Positions 1 to 15,600 of a DNA stretch of 64,000 nt are shown here, piece after piece. Origin of the DNA: Eledone cirrhosa. Its lineage: Eukaryota. The position numbers were made by a program, and so were the translations under genes. Under the pieces are notes generated by a model that saw only the letters and a program-made list of their open reading frames with translations, did not search any database and was not told the DNA's origin. The number at the start of each line of letters is the position of its first letter. Position 1 is the stretch's first letter. Where the stretch lies: contig OZ024743.1 in the NCBI GenBank assembly GCA_964016885.1, forward strand, positions 340,938,001 through 341,002,000. The letters run 5' to 3'.

Positions 1-59
1 CAGGGGGCATAGTAGCAAGGAAGGAAATAGGAAATAGGAAAAAAGAAATGTAAAATGAA

Positions 60-420
60 ATGAAAACCAGAGTTTAAGTTACCTTGGAATAGATTTATTG
101 GTCCCTATATTTCGGATTCCTCATCCATCATTAGGAGGGATCTGAAGGGACTCGGGAGGACTGTCCGGAAAAAAATCTACGTGTCCATGTGTTGCTAGTG
201 TCGGTGTCAGATTGATTGAAATAAGCCAATGAATATTCCCTACCGGGCTCGTGCACGCGAAATCGGCGCTCATTCAGATGTCATTAAAGTTAATTGTCAC
301 CACTATAGCTTCGGTTAGATGATATGGAAGGGACCGTTCTTAAGCGCAAGTATTGTCTCATTTCCTTCTGCCAGTGGCACCTTTTGATGTGGTAGGTAGG
401 CGGGCGTAAAATTGGTGGCA
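60..420 (-). mobile_element. Decayed PLE 3' end with degenerate hammerhead (101-141)
   Basis: Reverse strand encodes KRCHWQKEMRQYLRLRTVP (GIY-YIG C-terminus-like), followed by UCCCUC-CUAAUGA-U-GGAU(GAGGA)AUCC-GAAA-UA-UA-GGGA. Confidence 0.4.
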
Positions 421-429
421 TTTACAGCA

Positions 430-710
430 TAGCAACAGAGCCTGTCTGTTCATTTGTTTGTATAATTTGCTCTTCTTTTATTTTCTGTGTCTGTGTCATC
501 TATTTGTTTTCACTTCAATTTATTACAAATTTCTGGTTGGTTTGTTTAATAACCAGATGGTTCTTTATTTATGGTCAAAGCTCTTTCGTCACACATTCTG
601 TGACCTCCTCAATATTTAATTAGTTATTTTGTGTCTCTCCTTTGATTTTTCCTACACCATCTTATTATCGAGTGTTGTAATCTTGCAAAACAAATACAAA
701 AAGGAAATAT
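430..710 (-). mobile_element. Decayed PLE 3' fragment with degenerate hammerhead (571-616)
   Basis: Reverse strand reads UUGAGGA-G-GUCACA(GAAUG)UGUGAC-GAAA-GAGC-UU-UGA; 625-665 resembles 17365-17400. Confidence 0.5.
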
Positions 711-1350
711 ATATATATATATAATACATCTCCACATCTCGACACACACAAAAAGTGATATGTTGTTTGCTCTCGTGATCTAAGATGTTATGCCACAAAA
801 CAAATTTTGTTACGTACCAAAAGTCATGAAAAATACATATTAAGATATCTTATAATATTGTATTTATATTAAACTGGAAACTTACTCGGCATTGCCGGAT
901 AAATATAACATGCATTTCATGACTAATATATTGAATGAGAAGTATGTAAATTTTATATAAATTGAATATTTCAAGTACATTATATGAACACAACAAATGA
1001 TTCTTTGTGTTAAAATGAAGATAAAAGAAAAAATAACAACTTACATGAATAATTTCAGCTGTAACATCTACGCTATGTCTCTTTAATATAATATATATGT
1101 AAAGTCTATTTCGATATACAATACAAATAATATACATAGTGGAGATGTACAACAAGTATAATCACCCTCTGGAATTGAATACTTGAAATAAATGAGGTTA
1201 TGACAAATAAGTCTAAACAAAAATGTATTATCTTTAATATTTTAGTATGTAATTTGTTCATAAAAGAGAAATTACAAGAGACAGAATAAGAAAATGAGAA
1301 CGGCGATAATAAAAAAAAAAGGAATGAATAAAAAAATAGAGATATACTAT

Positions 1351-1542
1351 AATGATTGTTTCTACTCTTGGCGCAAGGCCAGCAATTACCCAGTGTATTA
1401 CTGGTACTTTATTTTATCGACCCCGTAAGGATGAAAGGCAAAGTTAACCTAGGCGGGATTTGAACTCAGAATGGAGAGGGCCGTAACTCTTTGCGTCAAA
1501 GTATGGCGTCCGACCCTCTACGGATACTGCCAATCCACCGCC
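1351..1542 (-). mobile_element. tRNA-derived SINE family 1 (~190 bp)
   Basis: A box TGGCAGTATC.G, B box GAGTTCAAATCC, central GCCTTTCATCCTTACGGGGTCGATAAAATAAAGTACCAG (Deu/Nin-like), tail GTAGAAACAATTATT. Confidence 0.9.
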
Positions 1543-2614
1543 TTGAATACAATAATAATACTATAATATACTATAATAATAGTGACGTAGGAATGATATT
1601 GAATATAACAGTATGAAAATTATAATACAACAGTTCGGGTATTACAATAAATAGAACGGGGGTAGTAACTTTCTTGAGTTGTTTGTATTAAATATATAAT
1701 TAATCAACAATAAAGTTCTTTGTAACTTTCCAATATAACTGAAATATACTCAGAATTTGTGTTGAAATGTTACTTGAAATACTACCCCTTACAACACTCT
1801 CCCTCTCGCCGCCTTTATTCGTCCCGACGTCTGTTTTCCTCCTATGTTGTTGGTTTCTGTTGAGATAAATCTAATATCCCCCCCCCCCAATTTAATTTAT
1901 AGCCTTTCGTATAATTTCTGGTCACTTTGGCCTCTTTTCGTTTTATATTTTCTCTTCTTTCTTTCTCAAAACCTCTTCCCCTATCCGCAATATATAATTA
2001 AAGTAGGTTCCTTGACCAGCCATAGTTCTCCTTCCTTCTAAAACTCCCTCTACTTACAATTCCACCGATCTTTTCATTGGTCATTTGGATTGTAATACCC
2101 ACCCACCATACATATCTAGTATCTATACTGTAATTATTGTAATTCATGTATATTATTATATTATCTTTTGTTCACTATTTTTGTTATTTGTATATTATAT
2201 TTTGATTCTGAATTTCTCTATAGACCAATGATTTATACATTAATTTTGTAAGCAGTAAGTAATACTTATGACAGAAGTGCGGTACCCTCAACTAAGAATA
2301 TAACCAATTTTTCTTCTTCCTTGTTAAACATTTTTTCTTTTTTCTGCTGCACACGCATGTGATCAGCGGATGTAGACTATTACGCAATTGTACAGAAACA
2401 TATCAACACAAAGATTGAACACACCATACATTTCTCTTTCTGTCCATATCGTCCTGCTCAGTGTTTCCTGATTTTTTTTCCTGGTACCATTTTTATACTT
2501 ATATATATATATATATATATATATATAAGCAAAGGGATATTTAATGTGTTGGTAATTCAACAAATATATATATGTATAACTGATTCGAAGCACTCGACAA
2601 GTTTTCTGGAGTAT

Positions 2615-2900
2615 AATATCAATGATATTAATAAATGGAAACTATATTTATAAAGGCATATTAATTCTATTATATTTCAAGTGTACCAAAACTTTGGTAC
2701 GAGATCTTAACAATTCAAGTTTTACCTGGTAAAACTTGAACTGTTAAGATCTCGTTCCTGGATAAGTCAATATTTATAAAACAAACTTTGTATTTTATCT
2801 GATGAGAGCGTTACAAAGTTTTGGTACCATTGAACTATATATAATAGAATAAATATGGTTTTATAAATATAGTTTCCATTTATTAATATCACTGATATAT
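2615..2900. repeat. Nested inverted repeat (outer 2615-2697 / 2814-2900; inner hairpin 2699-2755)
   Basis: ACGAGATCTTAACAATTCAAGTTTTACC-T-GGTAAAACTTGAACTGTTAAGATCTCGT. Confidence 0.85.
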
Positions 2901-3368
2901 ATATATATATATATATATGTGTATATTTATTAATAGAAGTTATTAAATACTGGGTAGACTCATACATCTGCTTCTTCTTCTTCTTCTTCTTCTTCTTAGA
3001 ACTTTCAGGTGTTGTTAAATGATTTTATAGTTGAGTTCTTGAAACATTATTCACCTCTGGGAAGTACTTGAAACTTCTACATTCTATATATAAGTAGAAA
3101 TATACCGTATTTACTCTCGAAACTTTTGATTAAATCAGAGATCATATCTAGAGATTTCCCCAAACCCTGCAGTTTAATATAAAATTTATTCCGTTGTAAT
3201 GAAAAATTCGTGAACTTTAAATGTTTACTGAGCCAAGCAAAATTACTGAGCTGAGAGTCATTATGAAATATTTAACAAAGCGTTAAAGTAATCGACTAGC
3301 GCTCCACCATCGTACATCACGATCCATTAGTACATCATTATAAACCGATTCACCTTCACTTATAAGTA

Positions 3369-3557
3369 AATAATTGTTTCTACTTTAGGCACAAGGCCAG
3401 CAATTACTAGTACATTACTGGTACTTTATTTTATCGACCGCGTAAGGATCAAAGGCAAAGTTAACCACGGCGGGATTTGAACTCAGACTGTAAAGGGACG
3501 TAACTGTGCTAGAAAGCATGGTGTCCAACCCTCTACCGATACTGCCAATTCACCGCC
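3369..3557 (-). mobile_element. SINE family 1
   Basis: Full-length homology to the other copies. Confidence 0.9.
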
Positions 3558-3919
3558 CTGTTATATAGTATATATAAGTAAATAATAATGTCGTTTTGGC
3601 AAAACCCTGCCAGCTATCATATTATCTATCTCTGCAAAAATTCTCATGAAACCATTGAAATATATAGTACAAGGGGATGTCGAACAGCTTATGTAAATTG
3701 CTTTTAACAAATCAACATTTCGGTCTACCATATAAGGGGAGCCATTACATGTAATTGAAAATATTTTAGGCAAACGATTTCTTTCTTGAAATATTGTAAC
3801 AAAACAAACACTGATGTCGTTTTCTGCCGTGTATTGTAGGTAGTTATTCTTACAGAGTAACCCTTCAAATTCGTCATTATCAACGCCAGTTACGTCATCG
3901 TCAATCACTAAATCGTCAT

Positions 3920-4039
3920 CGTGTATGTGTATGTATGTATATATATATATATATATATATGGATGTCTGTGATCTATATACACTGGTCATACACACACAT
4001 ATATATATACACACACATATATATATATACACATACACT

Positions 4040-4095
<56 letters not shown>

Positions 4096-4397
4096 ACAAC
4101 AACACCACCATCTCTCTCTCTTCCAATTTTCTGTGTCTCATCTCCCTCTCTCTATGTCTCTCTTTCAATCTACTCTCTCGCAACACTATCTCTTTCTCTC
4201 TATCCTTCTCTCTCTCTGTTTATGAAGGTACCCAGAAAACCCCATATCTCGGGAACCCGTGCTTCGATTTACACGAAACTTGTTTTGTTCCATTTGTATT
4301 CAGGGGCAACTTCCTTTCAAAGTATTTTCCCATCATGCCACCCTTTTGGCTGTATTACATTACAGACAAGCAAGTAAGCAATCACAGACTTCTAGTA
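3920..4397 (+). repeat. Unclassified microsatellite-containing interspersed repeat; second copy ~40812-41330 (-)
   Basis: Shared GTTTATGAAGGTACCC...CCCTTTTGGCTGTATTACA...AATCACAGA block preceded by (CA)/(CT) tracts. Confidence 0.75.
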
Positions 4398-4864
4398 ATA
4401 TATATATGAAGTGCGATGCATTGACTTCGGTGATTATTTGTTAGAGAATTGTAAAACGTTTCAAGTTTTGCAAAGGATTACAATTTTTGTATAAAGAAAT
4501 TATCGCAGACTACATTACTGGAAATATGAACAACACCCTACGTTGCTACATACAACAATACAAAGACGAAAGCTAATAACATATGTTTAATTTTTTTTAT
4601 TCATTATTCACATTTATTAACACTCTTAAAATAATTGTTTCTACTTTTGGCACAAGGCTAGCAATTACCCAGTGCATTACTGGTACTTATTTTATCGACT
4701 CCGTAAGGATGAAAGAGGTCGATAAAATAAAGTACCAGTAATCTTAAAATAATCCGATACAACCCTGTTCGGTAAACCAAGTCAACCCGTTCCGGATTAA
4801 AATATTGGGACCTATTCTATTCACAACTATTTCCTCATAGTTAAATCAATTTACCACTCTGAAA

Positions 4865-5058
4865 TAGACCTGTCAACTCTCCCTGCTGGACGGGGAGATC
4901 TCCCCGCTTTGGCTCCTTTCTCCCCGTTTTCCCATTTTTGTGAAAATGGGTATAGCTTTTATGATGTAAAATCTCCCTATTTTGCCTCATTTCTCCGTAT
5001 TTTGGGCACTTTTTTTCATGGTACTCCCCGTTTGGGTTTTTAGAGGTTGGCAGGTTTG
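4865..5058. mobile_element. MITE (hAT-like TIRs); second copy 35764-36195 in opposite orientation, interrupted by a SINE
   Basis: AGACCTGTCAAC...GTTGGCAGGTTT termini; internal homology between the copies. Confidence 0.72.
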
Positions 5059-6381
5059 CTGAAAACAACTCCGTGTTGTTCAGTTTACCAGTCTTGACAA
5101 TTAATCTGGGTCTTTGTGTGATAATTCAATTATTTTCATTTGCATAGGATGTCACTATAATTGGGTGTAGAGAATAAGAATAAAAATCAAAACAAAGACA
5201 AGCTTAAATTAGATACTTGTCATATCGTGTTAACCTGCATAATCGGACAATGCTCATTTGGTAATTCCTTGATTTATATGAGAGCTTAAATGTATAGGTT
5301 GTGTTATAAAGAACTGTATCATTAGATATCAGTGAACAATGCGACTTTTTGAAACTAATATATTAAACACTTAATATTAATTGTCATATTTAGCGATCTA
5401 GGGAGTTGATTTTCAAGTACCATCGTATTTCTTTTAAACACCTACGGTATATAACTGCTAGCCATTCCTGTACTATATTGTGATCAGTATAATTGTTTAC
5501 ATAAGGGAAAACTAGGAAATAATAAAAATACATACATTGTATAAAAAGGTATTTATATAAAGACCCAAACGAACATTTTTGCATACATGTTTCTTTATGT
5601 TATTTTTCAAAACTTGTTTTCACAATAACTAAATTAAATTATTAGAAATATACGTGTGCAAATTCTTAAAAGAAAACTATAATGTATTATATGAACAGGT
5701 TTATTTTATTAACAGAAATAAATAATATATTTTGGAGGCACTAACTAAATCTTATGTTATATCCGAAAATAAAAAAAAATTAAAAAATAAAAAGATATAT
5801 ATGATGTTAATGAAGTTATATTTTTTTTTATCAGATTTTCAAATAATATAATTTCCGTTATAAAAATTAAAATATCGAAATGGAAAATGGAAAAGGTTCT
5901 TCAAATAATCAATATTGTTCAGTAAAAGCACCATGTTAACAGCGAATACATACGATTAACCATTTGAAGATGGTTTCAGGAAGACTACAGTTCAATGATT
6001 CGAATCAGTAAAATATTCCATTATCTTATTCTTTTAATGTTGTATTCATTTGTTGGTTTTAATCACTGCACTGTGGCCAACCTGGAACCCCGCCTTTAAA
6101 ATTTCAGGCAGTTGCATCGACACCAGAGCTCATTGTTGCCTGCTTCTTACTTTAACGATCTGTATCAGTTAAAGCGTTAAGTTACTACGCATAACGGGGG
6201 CCCATGGTAAAGGACTCCTGTTTTTAAACCGGTGTAAACAAAACACAGATAAGGACTCACGCACACACAGATATACAGAAACACACACAGACAGACACAC
6301 ACACATATATGCGTATGTGTGTGTGTGTTTATATATATGTGCGTTATTTGTAATATGTAATAAAGTTTACAAAAAAGCTGC

Positions 6382-6411
<30 letters not shown>

Positions 6412-6412
<1 letters not shown>

Positions 6413-7454
6413 TAGTTTTGCGAGGTTTTTGATATGAAATCGTGTGTCGAAACAAATATTGTTATACTTGGGGAGGGTCATATTTGTGTAATAATATTCC
6501 CAGAATTAATAACAGAACACACTCACTGTTTGGTTGGTTTTCGCCCCTGTGTCTTTTATATCGGTCAATTTAATTTATTCGGTCCTCAATGTTGCCATTG
6601 ACTGACCAACGGTCAAAAATACAGATACAATATAGACACAAACACATATATATAGTCTATCAAAGTTCTTTCGTTGCACATCTGCAACATCGTCAGTGGT
6701 GCTATTATGTTTCCTCCCGTTGCATTGTATGCCTACGCCATCTTTATTTAGTCTGTTTATTTATTTATTTATTTTTGTTTATTTTCTTATGCGTGCGTTT
6801 GCGTGTGTGTATAGTGTTTTGTTTGATGTGTGTTCTTGTTTGGGTGACTGTGTATTGGTTAATGTATTCTATCTTAGATTACTAGTGTGTGTTTATATGT
6901 GTTTGTTGTTATTGTGCTTGTGTATGCATTTATTTATTTATTTTATTTATTTATTTATTTATACTTCTCTTAAATTAAATAAATAAATAAATAAATACGC
7001 AAGCAAAATAACAACAAACACATATAAACACACACTAGTAAACTAAGATAGAATACATTAACCAATACACAGTCACCCAAACAAGAACACACATCAAACA
7101 AAACACTATACACACACGCAAACGCACGCATAAGAAAATAAACAAATAAATAAATAAATAAACAGACTAAATAAAGATGGCGTAGGCATACAATGCAACG
7201 GGAGGAAACATAATAGCACCACTGACGATGTTGCAGATGTGCAACGAAAGAACTTTGATAGACTATTTATATGTGTTTGTGTCTATATTGTATCTGTATT
7301 TTTGACCGTTGGTCAGTCAATGGCAACATTGAGGACAGAATAAATTAAATTAACCTATATAAAAGACACAGAAGCAAAAACCAACCAAACAGTGAGTGTG
7401 TGCTGTTATTAATTCTGGCAATATTATTACACAAATATGACCCTCCCCAAGTAT

Positions 7455-7460
<6 letters not shown>
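6412..7460. mobile_element. Solo head-to-head pair of PLE pseudo-LTRs (same family as 18430-20920), ~1-kb palindrome in (TA)n
   Basis: 6457-~6960 is the reverse complement of ~6975-7460; the extra tail 6412-6456 matches 18440-18484; no ORF. Confidence 0.9.
7213..7266 (+). ncRNA. Minimal type-I hammerhead ribozyme motif (mirror copy on - strand 6655-6706)
   Basis: CUGACGA-U-GUUGCA(GAUG)UGCAAC-GAAA-GAAC-UU; stem I short and bulged. Confidence 0.65.
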
Positions 7461-7501
<41 letters not shown>

Positions 7502-7572
7502 ACTCTACTACCCTAAGTATTGAGTACTTTGGTGCGTTATGGTCCATCTGGTTCCTTACCACAATTCCTTCG

Positions 7573-7641
<69 letters not shown>

Positions 7642-8073
7642 TATACATATATATATATATATATTTCAACTGTTGAAAATTGCAAACTTGACTGTCACCA
7701 CAGAATATGAAGATTGCGAAAGCATGACAGTACTTGTTCAATTAACACTTAACATTTAATATTCTACCATACTATTTCATTCTAATACCATTATAATTTT
7801 AAAGGATTGTAAATAAAGGAGTAAATCAGACAAAGTTGGAATTTCTGTTATTAATATAATCCTCTATACACAATAATACACACCCGTATATATATATATA
7901 TGAATAAAGTTAGTTCTTCATCAGTGATCTTCCAACCATCATTGGTATTTCATCGCTTTAAAGACCATATACCTCCGGTTGGTGCGAGCAACGGCTAAAA
8001 AAAGTCGCTGGGACACGTAAATAAAGGGGACACGAGAGTGTAAACAAACAAAGATGGTGAAGCAACGAAAAGT

Positions 8074-8345
8074 GAGGAAGAAGGAATCAAGTCCCAAATT
8101 TCCATGAATAAAAGTTCGATGAAAGCGTGAACGAGAGAGAATAAAGACCATCAAACCCGGTTGGAATGTGAGCAAGGAAGGAATTCCGTACAGGTCTAAC
8201 GGGAGGAAGAAGGAATCTAGTCTGTGAATTCGGTAAACATAAGTTTTGTGAAATCGTAGACGAGAGAGAGAAAAAAAAGGAAACCTGCCTGACCAAGGGT
8301 GCGAAAGAAAAGAATTACGCACAGGTCAAACGGGAAGAAGGAGGA
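8074..8345 (+). repeat. Tandem ~131-bp diverged purine-rich repeat
   Basis: AGGAAGAAGGAATC and ACAGGTC.AACGGGA each recur ~131 bp apart. Confidence 0.65.
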
Positions 8346-9759
8346 GGAAGAGAGGTAGTAACAGAGAGTGAGTGAGTGAAGGGTGAGGAATAGGCTAACA
8401 GAGAGAGTGACTGCTAGAGAGGGTAAAGATACAGAGAAAGAGGAAACAGTAAGAACGAAATAGACGGGTCACAGCGATGGAAAAAATATGTGTAAATATG
8501 AGAATAAACGTGCTGATATATATATACATATCTGTGTGTAGTCGACAGGCTGTTGCTAGATTTCGACTGCTGAATAAAAAGAATAAAAGCAAAAAATGAA
8601 GTAACTTTTGACCTCATTGAACATTCTAACTTTAACTTGAGACATGTTTAGAGAGAAATATATAATCGATTGATTGAAATTTTACCAAATTCAATTCCAT
8701 ATTTTTCGAAAACTACCGCGTTGATACCTTCGTTGTCAGAATATTAGAGTGTGTCTTGTAACTTAAGAAATATATGTAGAAAATACATCCGATACTCTTA
8801 TTCTTGAATATCTAGATTTTGTGAGACCTATCATGGCCATGTAGATAAATTGTTCGGTTTTCAAATCCGAGGTTTTGGGTTCGATCAAACTCAGCTGTAC
8901 ATCATTCTGACCCAATATGCAACATGTGTATCCGGTTCGGTTATATTCAGCAATAGCTTATAGTGATTTAAAATCTATCTGTAATGGGCCAACAAGTTAG
9001 TTGGCATGCAAGAGATAGTGTGCCATATTTCCTCAAAATTCCCCTCGTTGTGTCTTAGATACCAGTGTTGTTTTTAATTATCCCCAGTTAGGCTTGATAG
9101 AGCGTAGCTATATTCATGGGTCAGCTCTTCTTGTTTTCATGTAAGACCAAATTCTCGTGATTTTAAGGAAATGCAGCTGCTACTTTCTGCAGGTCTAGCG
9201 ACTTAGTAATGTCCCGTTGTTACCAGTGTAACTGATAATGGCCATTGGTATTTTGTAATACATTTTAAATGTATCTGACATGATACCATAAAATGATTTA
9301 CATTGATCTTTACAGACTAACATGTATTGAACAAATAATCGCAGTTTTATTGATTTTAACATAGGCTCAATTCAGGCATGTAAAACTTTATCTTAATACA
9401 AAGGTAATCAAAAGTTCTCAGGAGCCATTTGTGTCTTCTAGACTATTCTCTTATTGAATCGTAAACATTTACATAGACATTATATACTTTAATGAATGCT
9501 ATAGCGTGTGTTCTTTACATCTGGTCTAACTCCCAGGTATATGTTTTAAAAATATATTATATATTTGTAAAAATTAGCTGGCAGTAGAGTTTCTGTGTAG
9601 ATCGGTTGTCGAAAATACAACATGGCATTAACAAATAGTTTTATGGGCCATAGTTTCACTGAGTATATCTATCGCAAGTGTATATACACACACCACACGA
9701 AAGCGATCTTCCCCCTCTCTCTTTCTCTCTCTCGCTCTTTCTATCTCTATATATATATA

Positions 9760-9985
9760 AAAGTTATTCCGGGTTGAATCGGAGGTAACCACAGTAAGTA
9801 AGGTACTCAATACATAGAGGAGTATAAATGTTTTAATATAGAAGAGCTTCTACAGGACTAGAACTCTTTCATTTGTGAGAAATCATCAGGAAGCTGGAAA
9901 TACCACCACCCACTTGGACAGCCAGCTTCCTGATGATTTCTCACGAATGAAACAGTTCTAGTCCTGTAGAACCTCTTCTATATTA
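9760..9985 (-). mobile_element. Fold-back insertion in (TA)n with partial hammerhead core in each arm (9836-9897 / 9922-9984)
   Basis: ~62-bp inverted arms containing CTGATGA-TTTCTCACGAAT-GAAACAG; stem I not convincing; decayed relative near 59555-59605. Confidence 0.65.
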
Positions 9986-11834
<1,849 letters not shown>

Positions 11835-12349
11835 CCTACTTGACTGCTGCCTGACAACTTACCTAATACCTTATCATTCTTTCTGTCAGATTTGTTAGAA
11901 TTTCAGATAGAAGAATGTTTTGTGATATTTATTCCGGCTCTCTGCTCTCTCAGTTCAAATCTCGCCAAGGTGAACTTTGGCTTTCAGCCTTTCAAAGTCA
12001 ATATAAAAGTACCTGTCTGGTTCTGGAGTTCATTCTTCCGCTTTCCCTTTCTGATATCTCGCTCACCCTTTCTCTCTCACACACACCCCTCTCTCTCATT
12101 CTCTCGCTTGCTCTGTTTCTCTCTCACCCTCTACTACAACAATCATGCTGTGTTCAGACTTCGAAATGAGATGAGTTTAGCCATGTTGAAAAATGCCCAA
12201 CAGACACACGAAAACACACACATACACACACACACACACATATATATATATGTATGTATAAGTATACACACATGCACTCACACACACAAAGAGGACGTAT
12301 TTATTATGTATATATATATATATATATATATACTTATGTAGTATATATA

Positions 12350-12632
12350 TGAGGTAGACACGAGGTTTTGAGATTTATCAAACATTTTTTTTTAAATTCA
12401 GATTAACACAAGGCTCTAGCCTCCCTCAAAGTAGCATCTTCCAAATTCAATGCACATGTTCTAGCTCTCCAGCCACATCTAGAAGGCCGCTATGTAGTCC
12501 TCTAAATTGAAGGTGTCCCGGACACTTGTCACACCCTCTTTCATCTCCTCCACATCCCCGAAAGGTTACATCTGAGCTTCTCCTTCATCTTCGAGAACAT
12601 CCAGAAGTCGCATGGAGCTACGTCTGGCAGTG
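12350..12632 (-). mobile_element. mariner transposase C-terminal fragment and end
   Basis: PDVAPCDFWMFSKMKEKL...DVEEMKEGVT...CIEFGRCYFEG. Confidence 0.85.
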
Positions 12633-12998
12633 TTATGCTGGCAAGCGCTCCATAGTTAAAAAACCAGAGCTAAACATAAAACGCCATCCAAACTGAAAAA
12701 GTGGTCAAGAAGGCATTAACCACCTAAGCCCAAAAAAACAAGTCAAGCTAAACAGGTCAAACAAAATAAATGATAAAATCATATATATATATATACATAT
12801 AACCGACCTGGACCCATTGGAATTGATGGTAAAATCCAAATGCAGGGTTTCTATGACACCTAAATCAATAAGACTGTCTTCTTAAAACTATAAGCTTTTG
12901 GTATAATAATCGAACAAGGAATATCACGTTATCAACATGTATTTTGCTCTGCACCAACATTGTGAATATGTATATATAAATGTACGTATTGTATATTT

Positions 12999-13193
12999 AA
13001 TAATTGTTTCTACTTTTGGGACAAGGCCAGGAATTATCTCAGTACATTACTGGTACTTTATTTCATCGACCCCGTAAGGATGAAAGGCAAAGTTAACCTT
13101 GGCAGGATTTGAACTCAGACCATAAAGGGCCGTAACTCTTTGCTGCAAAGCATGGCGTCCGGCTCTCTACCGATACTGCCAATCCACCAGCCT
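12999..13193 (-). mobile_element. SINE family 1
   Basis: Full-length homology. Confidence 0.9.
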
Positions 13194-13905
13194 TGTATAT
13201 TTAATAATATACTGCATGTTTATTTTAAAACATTTTGAAAGCCTCTCGCTATGAATTTAAGGTAGTGATTAACGTCACATACCTAGCTTCCTCAAAAACA
13301 AAAGGAAAGGGAAAGACATATATAGACACACTCGAGGTGTTTCTCTAGAGTTTCCATCTAACATATTTGAAGCTACTACAGAAGACACTTCCACAGATTG
13401 CCAGACTATGAGATCGAAATGAGAAGTACATTGTTAAAGTGAAATGTTCTGAGGTACACATCATGGCGGCTTAATCATCGTTACTTCCTAGTAGCCATTT
13501 GCGTTTATTTAGCAAACTTTCACTAATACGTCCATATTTATCTAATTATTTTCCTTCACCAATTACATTGTTATTCTTCTGCACATACATTTTGTCTTAT
13601 GTTTATATTTATGATCGAATGGTCTTTTCATGAAGTGTAAAGAAAAGCACAGATGTACTTTTATATATAGTTCGCAAAACAATGAAAAGTAATTAAACGA
13701 ATCGAATACAAATTATCCCCCGAAACTCACACTCACATATGAATGCATGTATGCATCCATGTATGTATGTATGTATGTATGTATGTATGTATGTATGTAT
13801 GTATGTATGTATGTATGTATGTATGTATATATATTTGTACATATATAATTGTATATATATCTCTCTATATATATATAGTCCACAGACATATAATATATAT
13901 ATTTG

Positions 13906-13966
<61 letters not shown>

Positions 13967-14065
13967 TTATATGTGTGTGTGTGTTTGTATGTGTGTGTAT
14001 TTGCATATATACATATGTTTATGTATATATTTCTATGGGCATACATACACACACATACACACAGA

Positions 14066-14112
<47 letters not shown>

Positions 14113-14608
14113 AAATGTACGTGTGTGTGTTCATATGTTTCTTTATACTTACTTCTACCAGTTTTTCTCCCATCTCACAGATGTCCATGATTGTATTAAT
14201 ACTGTATTTGTTTATATTCTCGTACAACATTATTTGTTCAATACACCCAGAAGGTACACGTGTTGTATATTACCGTACATTAATATTCGTTTATTGCTCC
14301 TTACGCTCTGAGTTCTAATCCACCATTGTCATGTTGATATATCATGTATTGTGGAATCGAAGAAATAAGTATCGGAGAAATACTGGGTCTATACACTCGG
14401 ATTAGAGGAATGATGGAAAAAAATTGATTAAATTTAGTTTGCTGCACTTTAAAGTAATCGATTGCTATATAGCCTGTATCAGGCGAATTAATTTTGGGAA
14501 AGAATTTGCGGCTGTTTCGGTAAATTCGAGTATGTTCGGTAGTTTACGATTGGAGTAGGCTGTTGAGTTTTATGGATGATTAATAAGACTGATATGACAT
14601 TATTTAAA

Positions 14609-15020
14609 GGGCGGTGGATTGGGAGTATCGGTAGTGGGTCGGACGTCATGCTTTAGAGTTACGGCCTTTTGCGGTATGAGTTCAAATTCCGCCGATGTTA
14701 ATTTTGTTTTTTATCCTTACGGGGTCGATAAAATAAAGTACTAGTCACGCACTGGGGTCGATTTAATCGACTTTCCCCTCCCCCAAAATTGATGGCCTTG
14801 TGCCTATATAAGAAACCATTATTTAAAGGGCGGTGGATTGGTAGAATCGGTAGAGGGTCGGACACCTTGCTTTGCAGCATAGAGTTACGGTCCTTTACGG
14901 TCTGAGTTCAAGTCCCGCCGAGGTTAACTTTACATTTTATCCTCACGACGTCGATAAAATAAAGTACCAGTAATGCACTGGGGTTATTGCTCGCCTTGTG
15001 CCATAAGTAGAAACAATTAT
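14609..15020 (+). mobile_element. Two tandem SINE family 1 copies (long variant 14609-14820, short variant 14829-15020)
   Basis: Both are preceded by CATTATTTAAAG; the long variant has an extra GGGGTCGATTTAATCGAC segment. Confidence 0.9.
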
Positions 15021-15179
15021 TTACTTTCTTTCAATCCTACCCTTTGATGCCCTATCTGAATATATTTTTAAAGTACTTAAGTGTCGCTGTCAAAATGAGC
15101 TCTTGTTCTTCTATATGGGTCATGTTGAGTCCTCTATAGATTTTTTATATACTATTAGTACACATCATCATATACACAT

Positions 15180-15600
15180 TGCCTTTTAGAGATAGAATTA
15201 TATATTCCATGTTGAATAATTTTGCTCTTCAGTAGTTTGGAATAATTTCGTGAAATGTTGAAATGTGAAATGCACTTGAAAACATTTCACCTAGAATCAA
15301 ATTAAGTATTTTTACGTTCTGAGTTAAAATGAATAGAAATAAATTTAACATTTTATATTTTCGGAGTTGAAGAAATGCGTACTTGGGAAGTATTGATATT
15401 TTGACCGTGTTTATATTTTGGCTTTGTGATTCTTCGTGAAACTTCAAATTGTTTGCATTAAGCTGTAGGTTATCTTTATGCTGGCCTTGGTGAATATCTA
15501 ATGGAGTTCGTGGTCTATCAGGAAGTATATTTTGATCAGTGAGTGACAGTCTTTTCGGAACTGTTTCGCATGAATGTTATGTTGTGGGATATATCATATG
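15180..15600 (-). pseudogene. Highly decayed PLE-like ORF remnant
   Basis: IYFLIDHELH*IFTKASIKITYSLM resembles the HFPxxHxLxKIFNxNTIKISYSCM motif of PLE proteins. Confidence 0.4.

Noticed and set aside
3920-4397. Helitron call for the repeat ending CTAGT
   Set aside because: No subterminal hairpin and the second copy ends TTAGT; left unclassified.
7900-7930. Reverse-strand CTGATGAAGAAC next to (TA)n
   Set aside because: Only half a core; it may be a truncated HHR but cannot be supported.
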